The notes: generated from the letters alone by a model not told the origin. A stretch of 64,000 nt of DNA from Eledone cirrhosa (GCA_964016885.1 OZ024742.1:89218001-89282000); one strand, 5' to 3'. Counted from the stretch's first letter, positions 50,621 to 64,000 are shown. A program made the numbers and translations.

Positions 50621-51439
50621 AAGAAGAGAGTTTTATTTCCAAGCCAAGCTTTGTCAGCCTTTTTCATTACCCGATTGAAACCTTTAAACATCTGAATGAC
50701 CAAGAATTCTTCTAGCCACCTAGAGCCACACAGAGCCGTTTTCATCTGCATAATGTAATAGGTGAAATGGACACAGGCGGGATGAACAGTCTGCACTCAG
50801 TTTCAAGTTCCTCAGTCTGTTCAGGGTGTTCTCTGGATTTGGATGCAATATCATCCGCATACCTGGTTGACACCTCAACAGCAGTCAGTCAGCGGTTCTT
50901 CCTTTCTACTGTAGGTTGTACTTGTCAATTTCTAGATTTCCTTGATTTTAGTTATCCTGAGTTTACAGATAACTAGATGGTGATTAATTGACAGCTTAGC
51001 TCATCAAACATTTTAGCACTAACCTCCAGTGCAGAATCGAGGAGACCAAAGACAATAAATATGGATTACACGCTTCTGTCCAGATTTCCCTTATATATAT
51101 CGTTGTGCTAGAGAAGGGTTTTCATAATAGTGTTTAACATCGAAACAATACTCAATTTTCAATATTTCAATTACTGCTTGTCAGCAAGTCTATATTTCAC
51201 TGATGTTTTTATATATGTTTTGCACACATATACACAGCGCTTTACACGTTATGTATGTGCATAGATGTGTCTACCTCAGTGTATATACGTGAACACGGTA
51301 GCTGCGTATATCTTTATGCACATGGAATCTTAGACTTATTTCTGAAGTCATATCATGCCAAGGCGAGATCACAGATGTTCATGCAGATGATTAAGTTCAA
51401 TTGCTATATCTCAGATACTTCGGGTATGATTTCAATACA

Positions 51440-52035
51440 AAATAGCTGAATGATGAGACAGGACACTAACCAAGCGTGACTGGGAGAATTGTGGCAACTG
51501 TTGATGCAAAGCAAGTAAAATTAATGGCTACGATAAAAAGGGCACGATCAATTAACATCGAAGTGGGTGAAGAAACATCTGCATGGCAAATATGTTGCCC
51601 GTAGCAAAAGGCTGATGTTGATGATGTGGACTAGAGGTACCCATATCAGAGACTAAACCTAATGGCTAGAGGCACAGAGTGAGGGCTTCATCTTAGCTGC
51701 CCAATATTAAGTTAAGTGTCAATTCTGAAATGATCCGATTTGAACAGTGGGCCATTTAATCTCTGCATGTAAAGTTTTAGCATCAGTAGCATTTAAATCA
51801 AGGCATGACAAAGATTGCCAATATTTACACTGGTTAATATGTCGGCGTTATCAAATCAAACCTGACGAGTAGTAAAAGCATTGACTTGGTGGTATAAATG
51901 AGGGAGAAAATGTAACGATTATTTGCGACTTTCCTGTACATACAGATAGGACAGCCAAAGCTAACAAACCGGATATTATTGTATATGACCAACATAACTC
52001 AGTGTGTTTATTGATTGATATGAGCATCCCATGTC
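51440..52035 (+). mobile_element. R4/Dong-type LINE fragment
   Basis: LHGKY, EGFILAAQ, HLISACKVLA..KSRHDK..LHWLICRRY, ICDFPVHTDRTAKANKPDIIVYD..LLIDMSIP. Confidence 0.82.
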
Positions 52036-52117
52036 TCATTCTTTACATTGGTAACCCAGTTAACACAACATATTGCTTAAATTTACAGCTTAAAATATAT
52101 ACACACATATTCAGATC

Positions 52118-52245
52118 TAGCTATCGAAACGGCCAGAGCTCAGCCGTCGGGGTCCTGACACTTTTCCTATTACCCACTCTACGACCCTAAGTATTGAGTA
52201 CTCTGGTGCGTTATGGTCCACCTTGTATCTTACCACACTCTATTT
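52118..52245 (-). repeat. Dispersed repeat, inverted paralogue of 35915-36050
   Basis: TTTTCCTATTACCCACTCTAC..CCCTAAGTATTGAGTACTCTGGTGCGTTATGG. Confidence 0.8.
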
Positions 52246-52342
52246 GTTCTTTATACGCACACATACACACCAACACACACATATATATATATACATACAC
52301 ACACTAACACACACACACACGCACGTATATATACACACACAG

Positions 52343-52444
<102 letters not shown>

Positions 52445-52790
52445 ATACATGTAACATATAACACTATAGCATCATATTTATTTCATTCTATATATTTAAA
52501 GGATACTAATATATAGTATGCTTTCATCAGATAAAATATAATATTTGATGTATGATATAGTGACATATCCAAAAGATAGACCTCATACGGTCAATTTAAA
52601 TGGGCATGTGATTTAAAATTTCACAATTTCTTAGGATGTAAATTAATTGGGAAGGAGAGTGCTTTGTAGAGTGCTTCATATCTGTTATGAACATAACTCT
52701 GCTGAAAACCTGACAACAAAGCATATAACTCATTGTTTATATATATATATATATATATATAAGTAGTAACACAACAGTTAGTTCACCATA

Positions 52791-52830
52791 CCGAGAACAA
52801 TTGTTTCACCTTAGCGGATCTTCAGCTCGG
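52791..52830 (-). ncRNA. Minimal type I hammerhead ribozyme (third family)
   Basis: Reverse complement reads CCGAG CTGAAGA TCCGCTAAGGT GAAA CAATTG TT CTCGG: perfect 5-bp stem I, palindromic stem III, NUH = GTT, weak stem II. Confidence 0.7.
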
Positions 52831-53375
52831 ACTGGTCATGGTTAAAAGGAACAGGAAGAACAGCCGTATGAACGCACATATGCAGAAACGGTCACTTCAC
52901 CCAAGCGATACAAAGCCACGGGCGAAAGGTGTAAGGGAGATAACTGCGAAAGTTCGGAAAATATGTTCGAGTTGATTAGAAAATTAGAATGTTGTTATTC
53001 AATCCGGAACTTTGTAGTTATGCAAGAGGTGTTTCCAGGCATGTGGACATCGTGAGAATATTTCACACTTGAATTTAGGCAATCGCTATTGCGTAATCTC
53101 CATCGATCCCTTGCACCTTTTAGTTGTTAAGGGTAGAAGGCTGGCAAATGGGTTGCTTCTTCGTACACGAAACAATGCGGCCTTTGTGAGATTTTTTGAT
53201 GCACCTCAGCACCGCTTCAATGTCTATTGAAATTATGCAAAGCCGTGAGAAATACTTAAGCACCAAATTTAATTTTAACACATGCGTTGGAATTAAAGAG
53301 ATTTGTTTCTGTGCTGAAACACCATAAATATGTCTCTCAGTTCAATATTAAATTGAATTTGGAGTCAAAAACAAA

Positions 53376-53523
53376 ATGTATAACATCATATCCCAGATCC
53401 TGGTTATCACTGTTTGTATTCTACTGACTGTCGTTGGAACAACTGCATCGCATTATCCATGGCAAACAACATGGTATCCAACTCCTATACCACATTATTG
53501 GCCTCCTGTCAGTCCTCAAACAG
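53376..53523 (+). CDS. Probable first coding exon of a secreted Pro/Trp/Tyr-rich protein (MYNIISQILVITVCILLTVVGTTA-SHYPWQTTWYPTPIPHYWPPVSPQT, phase-1 intron follows)
   Basis: CAAAATG start context, hydrophobic signal peptide with T-T-A cleavage-type end, stop-free, donor CAG|GTAATT. Upstream TCTCTCAG may be an acceptor or initiator. Confidence 0.6.
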
Positions 53524-53861
53524 GTAATTATTCTATATTTTCTTTAAATATTTAACAATTAGTAATAATTTTACTCTAATTTTAAACTCTGAAACATTAA
53601 AAAAAAATCTATCTGTATACCGAGGTTGATATCATTTTAACGATTTTGAAGTGATATTTATATTTATAGATATTTATTGGTTTCATATCGTGTAACGTGA
53701 ATTCAATTTAAATTCCTAATTATCAATATTTGACCTGGTACATCTCATTACAAAATAAGGTATGACGATAATTCTTTCATATTTCCTGTACACCGAAGTA
53801 CTGGTCGTTCGGTGTCGGTAAGTTCAAACAAATCAATATATTTATGTCATATATCAGATTA

Positions 53862-55614
53862 CACCGTGTAACAAAAAAATAATTTTTCTCTGTTCCTGGC
53901 TTGTAATCACTTTTTTTGTGTTGCTTAGGTCCCAAATAGATAAAAAGAAAAAAGTGCTATTAAACAGTTAAAAGTTTGGGTATGTAAACATTCTAAGCTA
54001 TTCACTAGAATTATTTGTATGCTGGATTTAACGTTGTATGTAAGTTTAATTTGCTTATGTTAAATGAATTTTATATATATGATTCAGGTTAAATTAAAAT
54101 TATAAAATAAAGAGTAATACCTAAAGAAAATGATACAAGTGCAATAAAGTATAAAATTGTTAAAAAGTGGATTAAAGAGATTTATTGAAACTGGATTTTC
54201 GCACCCTGCATAAAGGTTAAGTTGTGTTTTAAGCATTCGTCTCAAGGATGAAGCAGTGGAACTTGGTCAAGGAGGAAGTGCAGGTGACAAGTCAGAGAAG
54301 TCGACACGAACCTTTCTCAAGCTTTTACACTCTTATGGATGGCCCCTGCTTCTGCCATGACGTGCCTGAACTGTTTGACGTTATTGGGGTGCCGTTTGTG
54401 CCCAGGGAGTGGCGGCTATTTATAGACAGCTCCACAACAAGTTTGAAGGCTGTCCTCCTCCACAATGGAAACAAGTTCCCGACACTGCCCCTAGCTCATT
54501 CAGTCTGCCCGAAGGAAGATTACTACAGTGTGAAAGTCCTCTTGGAAGCTCTGCAATACAACCAGTACAATTGGGAAATCATTGGAGTCTTCAAGATGGT
54601 GGCTTTCCTGCTAGGACTCCAAGCCAAGGAAGCTTTATCAAATTCCAATGCTTCCTCTGCCTTTAGGACAGCAGAGCCACCTCTGACCACTACAAAAGAA
54701 AGAACTGGGAGCAGCGAACAGAATTTGTAGTTGGGACCCGGAACGTCATATGGGAGCCAGTGGTTGATCCCAGGATTGTGCTCATGCCGCCACTGCACAT
54801 TAAGTTGGAGTTGATGAAGCAGTTTGTGAAGGCTCTCAACCAAGAATCAGCCGATTTTAAGTACCTTCTTGAGTTCTTCCCCAAGTTATCTGAGGCCAAA
54901 GTCAAAGGTGGAATTTTTGTTGGACCTCAGATAAAGAAGGTGTTTGAGTCTACCAAGTTCTCCAATAAGCTCAATAGGATTGAGAGAACAGCATGGAACT
55001 GTTTAAAGGCAGTTGTTAAGGGCTTCCTGGGCAACAACAGAGCTGAATACTACCAGCAACTGGTGCAGGATCTGATAAAGGCTTTTGGCGCCATGGGATG
55101 CAGGATGTCGCTTAAACTCCATATGCTGGACGCTCACCTGGAAAAATTCAAGGACAATATGGGCGCCTACTCAGAAGAACAAGGCGAACGATTCCACCTT
55201 GATGTGAAAGAGATAGAGCGGAGATATCAGGGCCACTACAATGAAAAAATGATGGGGGACTATATCTGGGGGCTAGTGCGGGAATGCGACCTGGACTACA
55301 ACCGCAAATCCAGGAGAACCAGTAATTTCTGACGTGCATAAATTGCTTTATAAGTGTTATTTGTTTTTACTTGTTTGCTTTTGATAAGTTTGTGTAATAA
55401 AATAAATATATACTCTGTTGATTTAATTATATGAGCTGATACATTTTTTTTAAATGTGTTTTTTCTTGAAAAATATGAAAATTTCGAAATATCAAACTCC
55501 TGACTACAAACCCAAACTTCTGATTAAATAATAGTGTTTTTTTATAATAATGGGATATAAAAAAACCACGAAATGACACTTAGAACCGGGGAACGAAAAA
55601 TATGTTACACGGTG
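53862..55614 (+). mobile_element. Chapaev3-type (CMC) DNA transposon, internally deleted
   Basis: TIRs CACCGTGTAACA / TGTTACACGGTG, TTA target-site duplication on both sides, and a transposase remnant inside. Confidence 0.85.
54240..55332 (+). pseudogene. Chapaev3-type transposase C-terminal half, frameshifted near 54625
   Basis: WRLFIDSS..SLKAVLLHNGN, CFLCL, PPLHIKL.LMKQFVKAL, GIFVGPQI, MSLKLHML, GAYSEEQGERFH, RYQG..MMGDYIW. Confidence 0.88.
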
Positions 55615-55874
55615 TTATCTTTCTACAAGATTCGAGTGTGGATGCAATAATTCTGAAAGATTAAGATGTTCGTGTTCCAATCGTGAGATTTCTGATTCGG
55701 TTCACCAGCGTGTCATTATGACCAAGCCGTGTGAGTAAAACTTTGGGAAACAGAAACGGTTTGGTATCTCATCTGATGGACTATACATTTAAAGCAATTC
55801 ATTGAAATAGGTTCGACCTATCTTACATTGCGTCTCCCTGAGAATTAGGTGTCTAATAACTACTGAGCTGCTGT

Positions 55875-55980
55875 TTCTTCTTCTTCTTCTTCTTCTTCTT
55901 CTTCTTCTTCTTCTTCTTCTTCTTCTTCTTCTTCTTCTTCTTCTTCTTCTTCTTCTTCTTCCACCTCCTTTTTCTTCTTC
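55875..55980. repeat. (TTC)n microsatellite (probable tail of the adjacent RTE)
   Basis: Direct reading. Confidence 0.95.
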
Positions 55981-55984
55981 GGCT

Positions 55985-57020
55985 ACTTATTCCTGAGAGG
56001 TTCTTGGGAACAGAGTCCTCGAACACTCCTTCCAGTGGGGCGTGTCAGAAGCAACCGTCTCTAACTGATCCGGTTGGATCCCCCTGCGAGATAAGCCAAG
56101 CTCATGGATTTTATTAAACCATCATGCTCGGGATCTGCTCATGGGTCTCCTGCCGGTTGGTTTTGTCCGTACAATCTAACCAGCGATTCTTTCCTCAGAT
56201 ATTCTAACCACATATCCGGAGAAGTAGCAGCTCTACCTGGAGTGACTCTCTGATCTACAGGCTACGCAGGAACCCCATTTCGACTGCTTGTACTCACGAT
56301 CGTATTCCTTCAGGCATTACCCAAGACCCATGACCATAGTTAAAAATTCTCTCATGAATACTGAATTGAAGATAGCGAGCTTGGCTTTTACACCTACCTG
56401 CCTTCATCTAATTACCGAATGCTGAAGCTAATTCATTACTGCACCAGCTTCTGCAATTCATGCAACACAAGTGACACCATGTCCTCCTTTAACCCCAGGT
56501 GACCGATTCCACACTCATCAGCCGTGACATCACTTCCAACTCGGCTGCACATGTCAAACGTGTTCATGAAAATAATGTATAGGAGACGTAAGAGTATTCA
56601 CCCTTGGCGGAGTCCGACTCCAGCATTGAATTGTTTTGATTTAGCACCATATATCTGAATACAAATACTCGCACATTGGTACATCAGGAAAAGAAGATGA
56701 CTATCGACCCCATACCCTTGCACAACCTTCAACAGCAAGTCCCGAGGAACACGCTCAAATACCTTTTCGAGTTCTACAAAAAAGAGTAACAGTTGGCAAT
56801 GCTCCCATGATTTCTTGAAGACTTGCAGCATTGTGAATATTTAGTCGGCTTTATTATGTTCAAAGCAAAAATTGCACTGATCTGCAGCTAACTCTGACTC
56901 GACAATCTCCTTGCATCTCTTTATCAGACATTTTACCGAGGAGGCTAAACAAGGATATTTCCTTTGTCTGCCTTTTTGAAAATTGGAATTATCACTCCTA
57001 ATTGTCAATATTTAGGTGCA
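55985..57020 (-). mobile_element. RTE-clade LINE 3' fragment, decayed
   Basis: FVELEKVFERVPRDLL..YGVD..FNAGVGLRQG; YGHGSWVMP..VQAVEMGFLR. Confidence 0.8.
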
Positions 57021-57779
57021 TTCCAGAGATTCAGCACACCCGGCTCACATGTCGCCGGAATGATTGCAAGATCACTTTAATTGCTGAGGTGAAGTCGGAT
57101 TCTAGCTTAACCCCTAAGTCCACCCATATCTTAACTTTGGAGGCTTTACTGTCCCTGCTGCGATTCTTCGCACCATATTTTACTGAACAACCACCACTCT
57201 GGCTCAACGTCCTCAGTTTGTTCAGGGAGTACTCTGAATTTGGATGCAATCGTGTCTGCATACCTTGTCCTGACTTCCTTATCAAACAACGCTTCTTGTA
57301 GGGCATCCATAAATATATATGGTATAAGAGGAATCAGGGACAGAGATCAATAATTGATTTTGTTCTTGTCACTGATCTCTTCTATCCGATACTGACTCTC
57401 TAAAGATTTAATTTGGGTGTTTGGCTACTAAGTTTACTGAAGTTGTGGAACACTTTTGTCGGAACATGATGGGATGAATTTATCTCTTTTTACAAATATC
57501 TACATTGAGACAGAGTATTGTCGGTTATATTGGTAACAGTGTGTGATATTTTGGGAGAACCTTTACTCATAAAAATCACTATACCGAACTTGCATCAATT
57601 GTGATTGTCAGTTTTATGGGTGCGAATAATGAGTTAAAATCAAATTATAACTACATAGTTTCCAGTACTGAAAAAAAAGAAATAATGCTACTATTATTAT
57701 TACTATAGTTAGGAGGGTGGTGGCGTTTAGAAAACCATAAAATGTCAGAAAATAAGAACTATTCAAATACTGGGGACTA

Positions 57780-58110
57780 TAGTTTGCCCTATAATTTAAT
57801 GCTATGAACCTATCTTATATACTACTGTCAATAATATCTTTACATTTTGAGTTTAAGTACCAAACCTAGGGGAGTTTGTGTACACAGATAAACAGATATA
57901 CAGTGATTATACCATTGGTTTTTTGACGTAATTGATTTTCCTCCTAATCTATATGATGAGTTGCAGGTTGTCACCTACACTCGTAAGCTATATTTCTTTG
58001 TAGGCATTCATTTTTCAGTGGGCACTTATTAGAGTCTCTGCAGTTGCATGTTCTGTTCAGTACCGTTGTATCTGCAGTGAGTTGTTATTTTTCTGTGGTA
58101 GAATGAGTTC
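57780..58110 (-). mobile_element. Penelope-like GIY-YIG remnant
   Basis: RTCNCRDSNKCPLKNECLQRNIAYECR. Confidence 0.65.
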
Positions 58111-59259
58111 CTCCTGGTTCTTGCTCATGTTAAGGGATGGATATTTGCCGTTGCCTCGTACCACCCGCTTTTGTTCTGTCCATGGGACTTGCTCTGTCAA
58201 ACGTAATCCGGTCCACTCTTTGGTTTTTCGGCTGATTACTGTTGTATCTTAACATATTGTGATTGTTATTGATATTATTGTTAATATTTCAGTTGCCGGG
58301 AATTTTAACGGAATAGCAATTTTAGAAGGTATTATTTCACCGCTCATTTTGTATGGGATACGAAATGCTGGGACCGTAATTTACAAAGCCAGGATCGTTG
58401 TTCATGTTGTGGTTGTTGCTGTTAGCTTTACATCTATTTTTATTGTTATTTTTATTGCCTATTTTGATGACTGACCAAATAATATAAACAATGACCAGTT
58501 CACTCGTCTGAAGTCAACCATAATGACAAAACATACTTTCTGAGAAGTATGAACTGATTAACCGAGGACTATCCTAAGAATCAAATGAAACAATAAACTG
58601 GAGAATATTTTGGGGTGACAAACAACTGATTGTGCAAACACGAACCACGTCCAAATATAGACCAAAGAAAGACCACGCCCGACGTAATACGAAAAAGGAA
58701 ATACATCTGTGGATAACTCCATATTCATGTTGAGCAGTGAAGAAACAACACCTAAGCCCGCCAATTACTGTATCGGATTGATAATGACACCACTAATGAT
58801 TATATAAGTAAAGTACTAACTGACGAGATCGTGTCTGATTATTATATAACTGATGCCATCTAAATACGTATCACAGGATTAAGTATTAAATAGAATTTGA
58901 TGAAATTATAACATACTCTCATCTATTTCATTATTATAGTAATACTCTGCTGTGCACACACTTCCGTTATACATAACGGTGGAACTACACCACGTCGAGG
59001 GCTCATCCTGCTAACGTTAGTGATTATAGATATGTACCTAAAAACTAACAAATGATTTATTCACACTTATTTAACATAACATAATCATATACATAGAGAA
59101 AAGAGACGGAGTGAGTGGAGGGGGGGGGGGAGATACAGAAAGTAAGCGGAAAACGATACAGCGCATGGTGCTGGAGAGCTGAAATAATTTCGGATGGTGA
59201 TTCAAGGATGAAAGATTACTACTTGGTCCTGGTGCGAGTCACTAGAGATGCTTGATGTA

Positions 59260-61200
59260 ATATAATGGTTGAGACAGAGAGATGCTGAGCTGAATGATTG
59301 TGGGAAACGGAAGTGACGAATGTGTTTTTGCTAATCCTAGGTCAGGTGTCCTGCAAATCGATGTGTGTCGGCCTTGAGAACGTGTTGGTAGAGGTCAATA
59401 AGATACATTTGATAGAATATCAGTTTTTTGTACCAGTAGCCGACAATAATGTCTCTTCCTGGTGTTTTCTTATCTTGGAGTTTTCCTATCACAGTATCAA
59501 GGGCATCCTCATTTATTCCGTATGTTTTTGTTGTAGTGTAGGAGCAATAGTTCGTTTTGATTTCTTTTAGCCACACTGCATCTTTGTTGAAATTCTTCTT
59601 TTCACCCCATATTTTTCTCTTCATATCTCTCTAGACTGATGTTTGGTTTCGTCTGAATCTTTATTGAAGTAATTTTCTTTCATCTACCCTCTTCAGCTAT
59701 CGGTGTTTCTCACTGACAGCTCTCAATTCTTGTTTGAGGGTGATCAGCTTATATTGAAGATTTCTGCTTGTACTGTCACCAAACATCGTTTCTATTTTAT
59801 TTTTCACTCTTTGTTGTTGAGGAGTGAAGTTTTATTTTTGTGTTTGTTTGCATGGAAGGAGCATTGTCACATATCCTATAGTTTTTCGTAGGTCAACAAT
59901 CTTTTTTTCTATTTTAGTTATATACCTTCGGGTGGTTTTCTGCTAGCATGTGTAGTGTCCATATTGATATTATACCTAAATATATATGCATGTAGATATG
60001 ATATGTCAAATAAAATCATAATTGACAATATACACAGAAATTGAAGAGGGACTGTGTTGCACTCTCTTCTGTAATCTTTAAAGTAATCCATGATACATTT
60101 AAAAAAGACTATATTATATATAAACTGCACTGCGGCAAATTTTATGAAAACGAAAAAGAAGAAAATTAGCGACAGAAATATAAACCTTATATAACGATGA
60201 AAATATATGAACGTTTACATAAGCAATGTAATAAGTGTTATGATATAATGAACGCTAACCGGAAGTGTTGACATTTCAAACTTTTAAAAGAAGTGAATCT
60301 TAAAATAAGCAATTATTTTATATAAGAACAACTATGTTTAATCAACAGCTAAGAAATTTAGTACATAATTATGTAATATTCATTCATTATTTATTCAAAG
60401 TAATCCAACTTATTTTACTAACTGGATAAACAAATATATGTAGGACGCAGTCCCTCACTCCTCATTTTATTATATTATGATATGATGGTGTTTTTGTGGT
60501 GTTTTGTTCTTAATATCGCCGATATAATGCTTCATTGTCGTTACTATATATAAACAAGCGTTGATTTTCCAAAATATGGGGGTTTTAATCCGTCGTAGAT
60601 ATTCATCCCATTTCGTCAATAGCATGTAAGATTTCATTATTTGGTTTTATTTTATTTAGTATTGTTGTTTTATTACGTTCAGCAAGAAAAATGTTTACAT
60701 ATGAATTAATTTCTTTCTGGGAGATTTCTTTCAGAGAAAATTTTAATTGTTTATACTTTTGATTATTATTATCGATAGTGTTTCCACAACAGTCAAGGCA
60801 GACTCAGATGGTACACGTGGTCAAATTTCTTACGGGCATAGTTGCTTCAAGGCACTGTTTGACCTGGCTGCTAGAAGTTCTAGTAGCATGACGACCTGTA
60901 GAACGTGTTGCTGATTCCATGTTTGTTCTGGGGGACTTACAATTAATAATATTTATCTTATTTTTATTTTTAACAAAATTCGTTTGTTGGCGTAATTGTT
61001 TGGTTGTGAAATGATTTAGCTCTAGATGTATTTTCTCCCAGTTAGGCTTCATTCTATACATATAGCCAACGGAGGGATTTTTTTCAATTAAATAAACAAT
61101 TAAATAAACAATTAAATAAATCATCATTAAGTTGGCAACTCCAAGAGAAATGCGATTTATAATTTCGGTTTCTTCCGTAGCAACAACCGAATAAGTTTCT
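59260..61200 (-). mobile_element. R4/Dong-type LINE N-terminal/RT fragments, interrupted by ~560 bp of AT-rich DNA (59920-60480)
   Basis: GYMYRMKPNWEKIH..HFTTKQLRQQ; KIWGEKKNFNKDAVWLKEIK..KKTPGRDIIVGYWYKKL. Confidence 0.65.
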
Positions 61201-61884
61201 TTACATTTCTCATTGATTTTCTCACTGGCTTTATTCGGTAAATTATTTTTGTTCCTTGTGTTCCGTAAATTGTTACTGTTGATGCTGTGTCCACCCATAC
61301 GGTTTGCAGCAAATCCTTGTAAAATGAATTATGTATTTAGTCAGATATCTCTACGAATTCGAATAAAAGGTGTCATCAGTGGATATAGTCAGAAGAATAT
61401 CCAGGTATTCAACACAACTGGTAGTTGTGGCATTTCTGTCGGAGATAGTATTCATCATAAATTCAATAAATAGTATCCCTGCAAAAATGTGCGAATGATC
61501 GCGTTGACTTACTGTGTATGTATGTTCTTCTGGTTTTATAATTTCAGAAATGTTTACCAATGGAGAGAGAGTCGGTTTCTAACATAGACACAAGACTCTC
61601 ATTGGAATTTACACAACATCAACTAGGTAGATGCATGTGTAGATATGGATGTTATTGTATGTGTGGATGAGTATGTTTTGAGTTGTATGTGTGTATGTGT
61701 ATATGCTTTGTATCTCTACATGTGTATATGCAGTTATTAGATGCAAAATATTTGGAATGTTTTACAGGCATAAATCTGAAGGTGTAATCAGGGCGGAGTA
61801 TCTGCAGATTTCTCATCAGTTTGCATAAATATTCTCCTTTTCGCCAATCTTTGATATTACATTGGCATCTGCGGTGCATACAGA

Positions 61885-61895
61885 CCCACGCACGC

Positions 61896-61932
<37 letters not shown>

Positions 61933-62144
61933 AATAGAATATACACACAAAGTCATATAAAGATACACAACGGGTCATACATGAAAGGATGCATATTGTT
62001 ATAAACATGTACATACGTAGAAAATAATACATATACACATTTATATATATATATATTTTATTTTTATTTTTTTTCTTAGCGAGCATGTGTCTGTATGCGT
62101 GCGTGGGTCTGTTCGCGTGTGTGTGTCTGTATATATATATATAT

Positions 62145-62221
<77 letters not shown>

Positions 62222-63692
62222 GTATACGTATATACATATACGTATATACATATATATAGAAAAATATAATATATATTAAAAATATACATATAACGGCACA
62301 TAGATACACAGTGGGTGCGCCCAGTTAATGTGTCTACAGAGATGTTGTTACGTTGCGAACATGGATCAATCCACATATGGAATCTTCACGCAAAGCCACA
62401 TAATGTGCGTTCATGGTATTACAGTACATAGTATGCGCAGACCGTACATAGAAAATGCGTGCAGAATATATATAAAAAAGAAGGAACGTGTATGCATATG
62501 ACATAGTACACAAGAGAAGTATGAGATACACACGTGGGTCTGTATACGGAAAATACATTAGGTGTTACAAAATGGAATACGTGGAGGGTATGCACTCTCT
62601 ACTGAAAAGATACACATGCAGGGGCGGGGGTGCGTGGAATGGCCATACTGGAGTATGTCACTGTGGTTGAGTTATAGTGCCTTATTGGTGTAAGGCATTT
62701 GACTGAATATCAAAGGAATCCGTGTCAACCTGTCCAGGCTAGGGCGATGTTCTTGCCTAGGGTGACGTGCAGAGTCGGGCAGGCATCCTGGGTTATTTCG
62801 GCTTACCCTACGGGGCATATATAGTCAACAGGGTATGGTGTCTGATTTCTTAAATCCGTTTCGCCGCTCTGGTCGGCGTGCGCTCCGCCGCATGCCTTCA
62901 GCTTGGGCTGCCCGGTGGATTCCATGCAGAGAGTGCACCTTCTCTGGTGTCTGCACGTCATGATTATTTCCGATTTCAGGTTGACCGCATCATCCTTCAG
63001 TCTGACTATCTCCATGGCCTTGGACAGGCATAGCCTACATTTTCTATTTTCAGCCGAATATGTATTCGCGTGCCCCACGATACTCTAGTTGAAGGCATAC
63101 GAGGTGCCTTTGTCTTTTAAGTCCCACACAAGGTCCGCCAGCCTAGTAGAGTGCCTCTTGCTCTGGGCCTTGAAATAGTTTGTGTGGTTATAGATCCGCG
63201 ATTTAAAGGTCATGGATGTTGCTCCAATATAGGTGCGCTTTATATTGTGCGTGCTAACCACACATTTTTATAACAGGCCCTTCGTTAGGCATCTTCCCTG
63301 CAGGGTGCACTGTGTGCCCGCTCTGCAGTTGCAGTTTCTGTCGTTATATTGTTCATTTCGGACGCCTGGCCCTTGATCTGTCACGGCCCTCTCCCGGTCC
63401 TTCTGCCGACACGGTGGTCTCCCCTCCGTCACTCATTCTGCCCGGCGTTGGATTGTATCGTCTTCCGCGGGCGTGGCGGCCGCCGCAAAGACCCGGTTGT
63501 AGTTAGAAGACCGGTCTGCGAGGGGCCCTCCGGGCTCCGGTGGACGGTCATTCGGCGCCGCGTTTGTTTTGGCCATGTTAGGTGCGGTGGAGAAGGAAAA
63601 TTTCACTGTGTGGCGGTTGAAGATCTTGTGGTATCTGCTTGACAGCGGGAAGCACTCGTCTATATTTTATACTTTTTTATATATGTATATAC

Positions 63693-63778
<86 letters not shown>

Positions 63779-63900
63779 ATTTTCGATGTATGTACATGTT
63801 TATAACATGCATCCTTTCATGTATGACCCATTGTGTATCTTTATATGACTTTGCGTGTATATTCTATTTATGTATATATATATATATTATGCGTGCGTAG
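61885..63900. repeat. Inverted repeats (61885-62015 / 63785-63900) bracketing the Penelope fragment (inverted pLTR-like)
   Basis: AAAGTCATATAAAGATACACAA.GGGTCATACATGAAAGGATGCAT vs its reverse complement at 63805-63855. Confidence 0.85.
62940..63655 (-). mobile_element. Penelope-like 3' fragment (GIY-YIG)
   Basis: LTKGLLYKC..RTYIGATSMTFKSRIYNH..HSTRLADLVWDLKDK..KCRLCLSK..NLKSEIIMTCRHQRR. Confidence 0.88.
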
Positions 63901-64000
63901 GTGTGTATGTGAATATGCGCATATTTGTAGGAGTGTATATGAGCCAGTGTGTGTGTGTACAAGCACCCCTGTGGGGAAAGAGCTTGTTTTTGTATATATA

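Noticed and set aside
57960-57990. Possible micro-exon (TTGCAG|...|GTAAGC) continuing the 53376 gene
   Set aside because: It overlaps an antisense Penelope remnant and lacks a polypyrimidine tract; unsupported.
62790-62840. CTGTTGA..GAAA hammerhead-like motif downstream of the Penelope ORF
   Set aside because: Core mismatch and no convincing stem I/II.

Overview
Repeat-saturated, AT-rich eukaryotic DNA, most likely cephalopod (Octopus-like). This is inferred from the tRNA-derived SINE family, the mix of R4/Dong, Tx1, RTE and Penelope elements, and very dense microsatellites. Almost all ORFs in the track are microsatellite translations or decayed transposon fragments. Main content: (1) a recent ~10-12 kb tandem segmental duplication (1-7829 vs 10094-20030), whose second copy carries a ~2 kb insertion with a terminal hairpin and internal fold-back arms; (2) a 5'-truncated Tx1/L1-type LINE, Helitron PIF1 remnants, several Penelope GIY-YIG/RT remnants, RTE and R4/Dong fragments, and a Chapaev3-type DNA transposon with TIRs and a TTA TSD; (3) one plausible host exon encoding a signal peptide plus a Pro/Trp/Tyr-rich segment (53376-53523). 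The most interesting signal is non-coding: six recognisable minimal type I hammerhead ribozymes of three sequence families between 42.2 and 52.9 kb. Three lie in a 425-bp tandem/inverted repeat with an octamer motif (retrozyme/satellite-2-like) and two lie in the ~305-bp inverted arms of a 1.6-kb non-coding element. All calls were made by eye, and boundaries of decayed elements are approximate.
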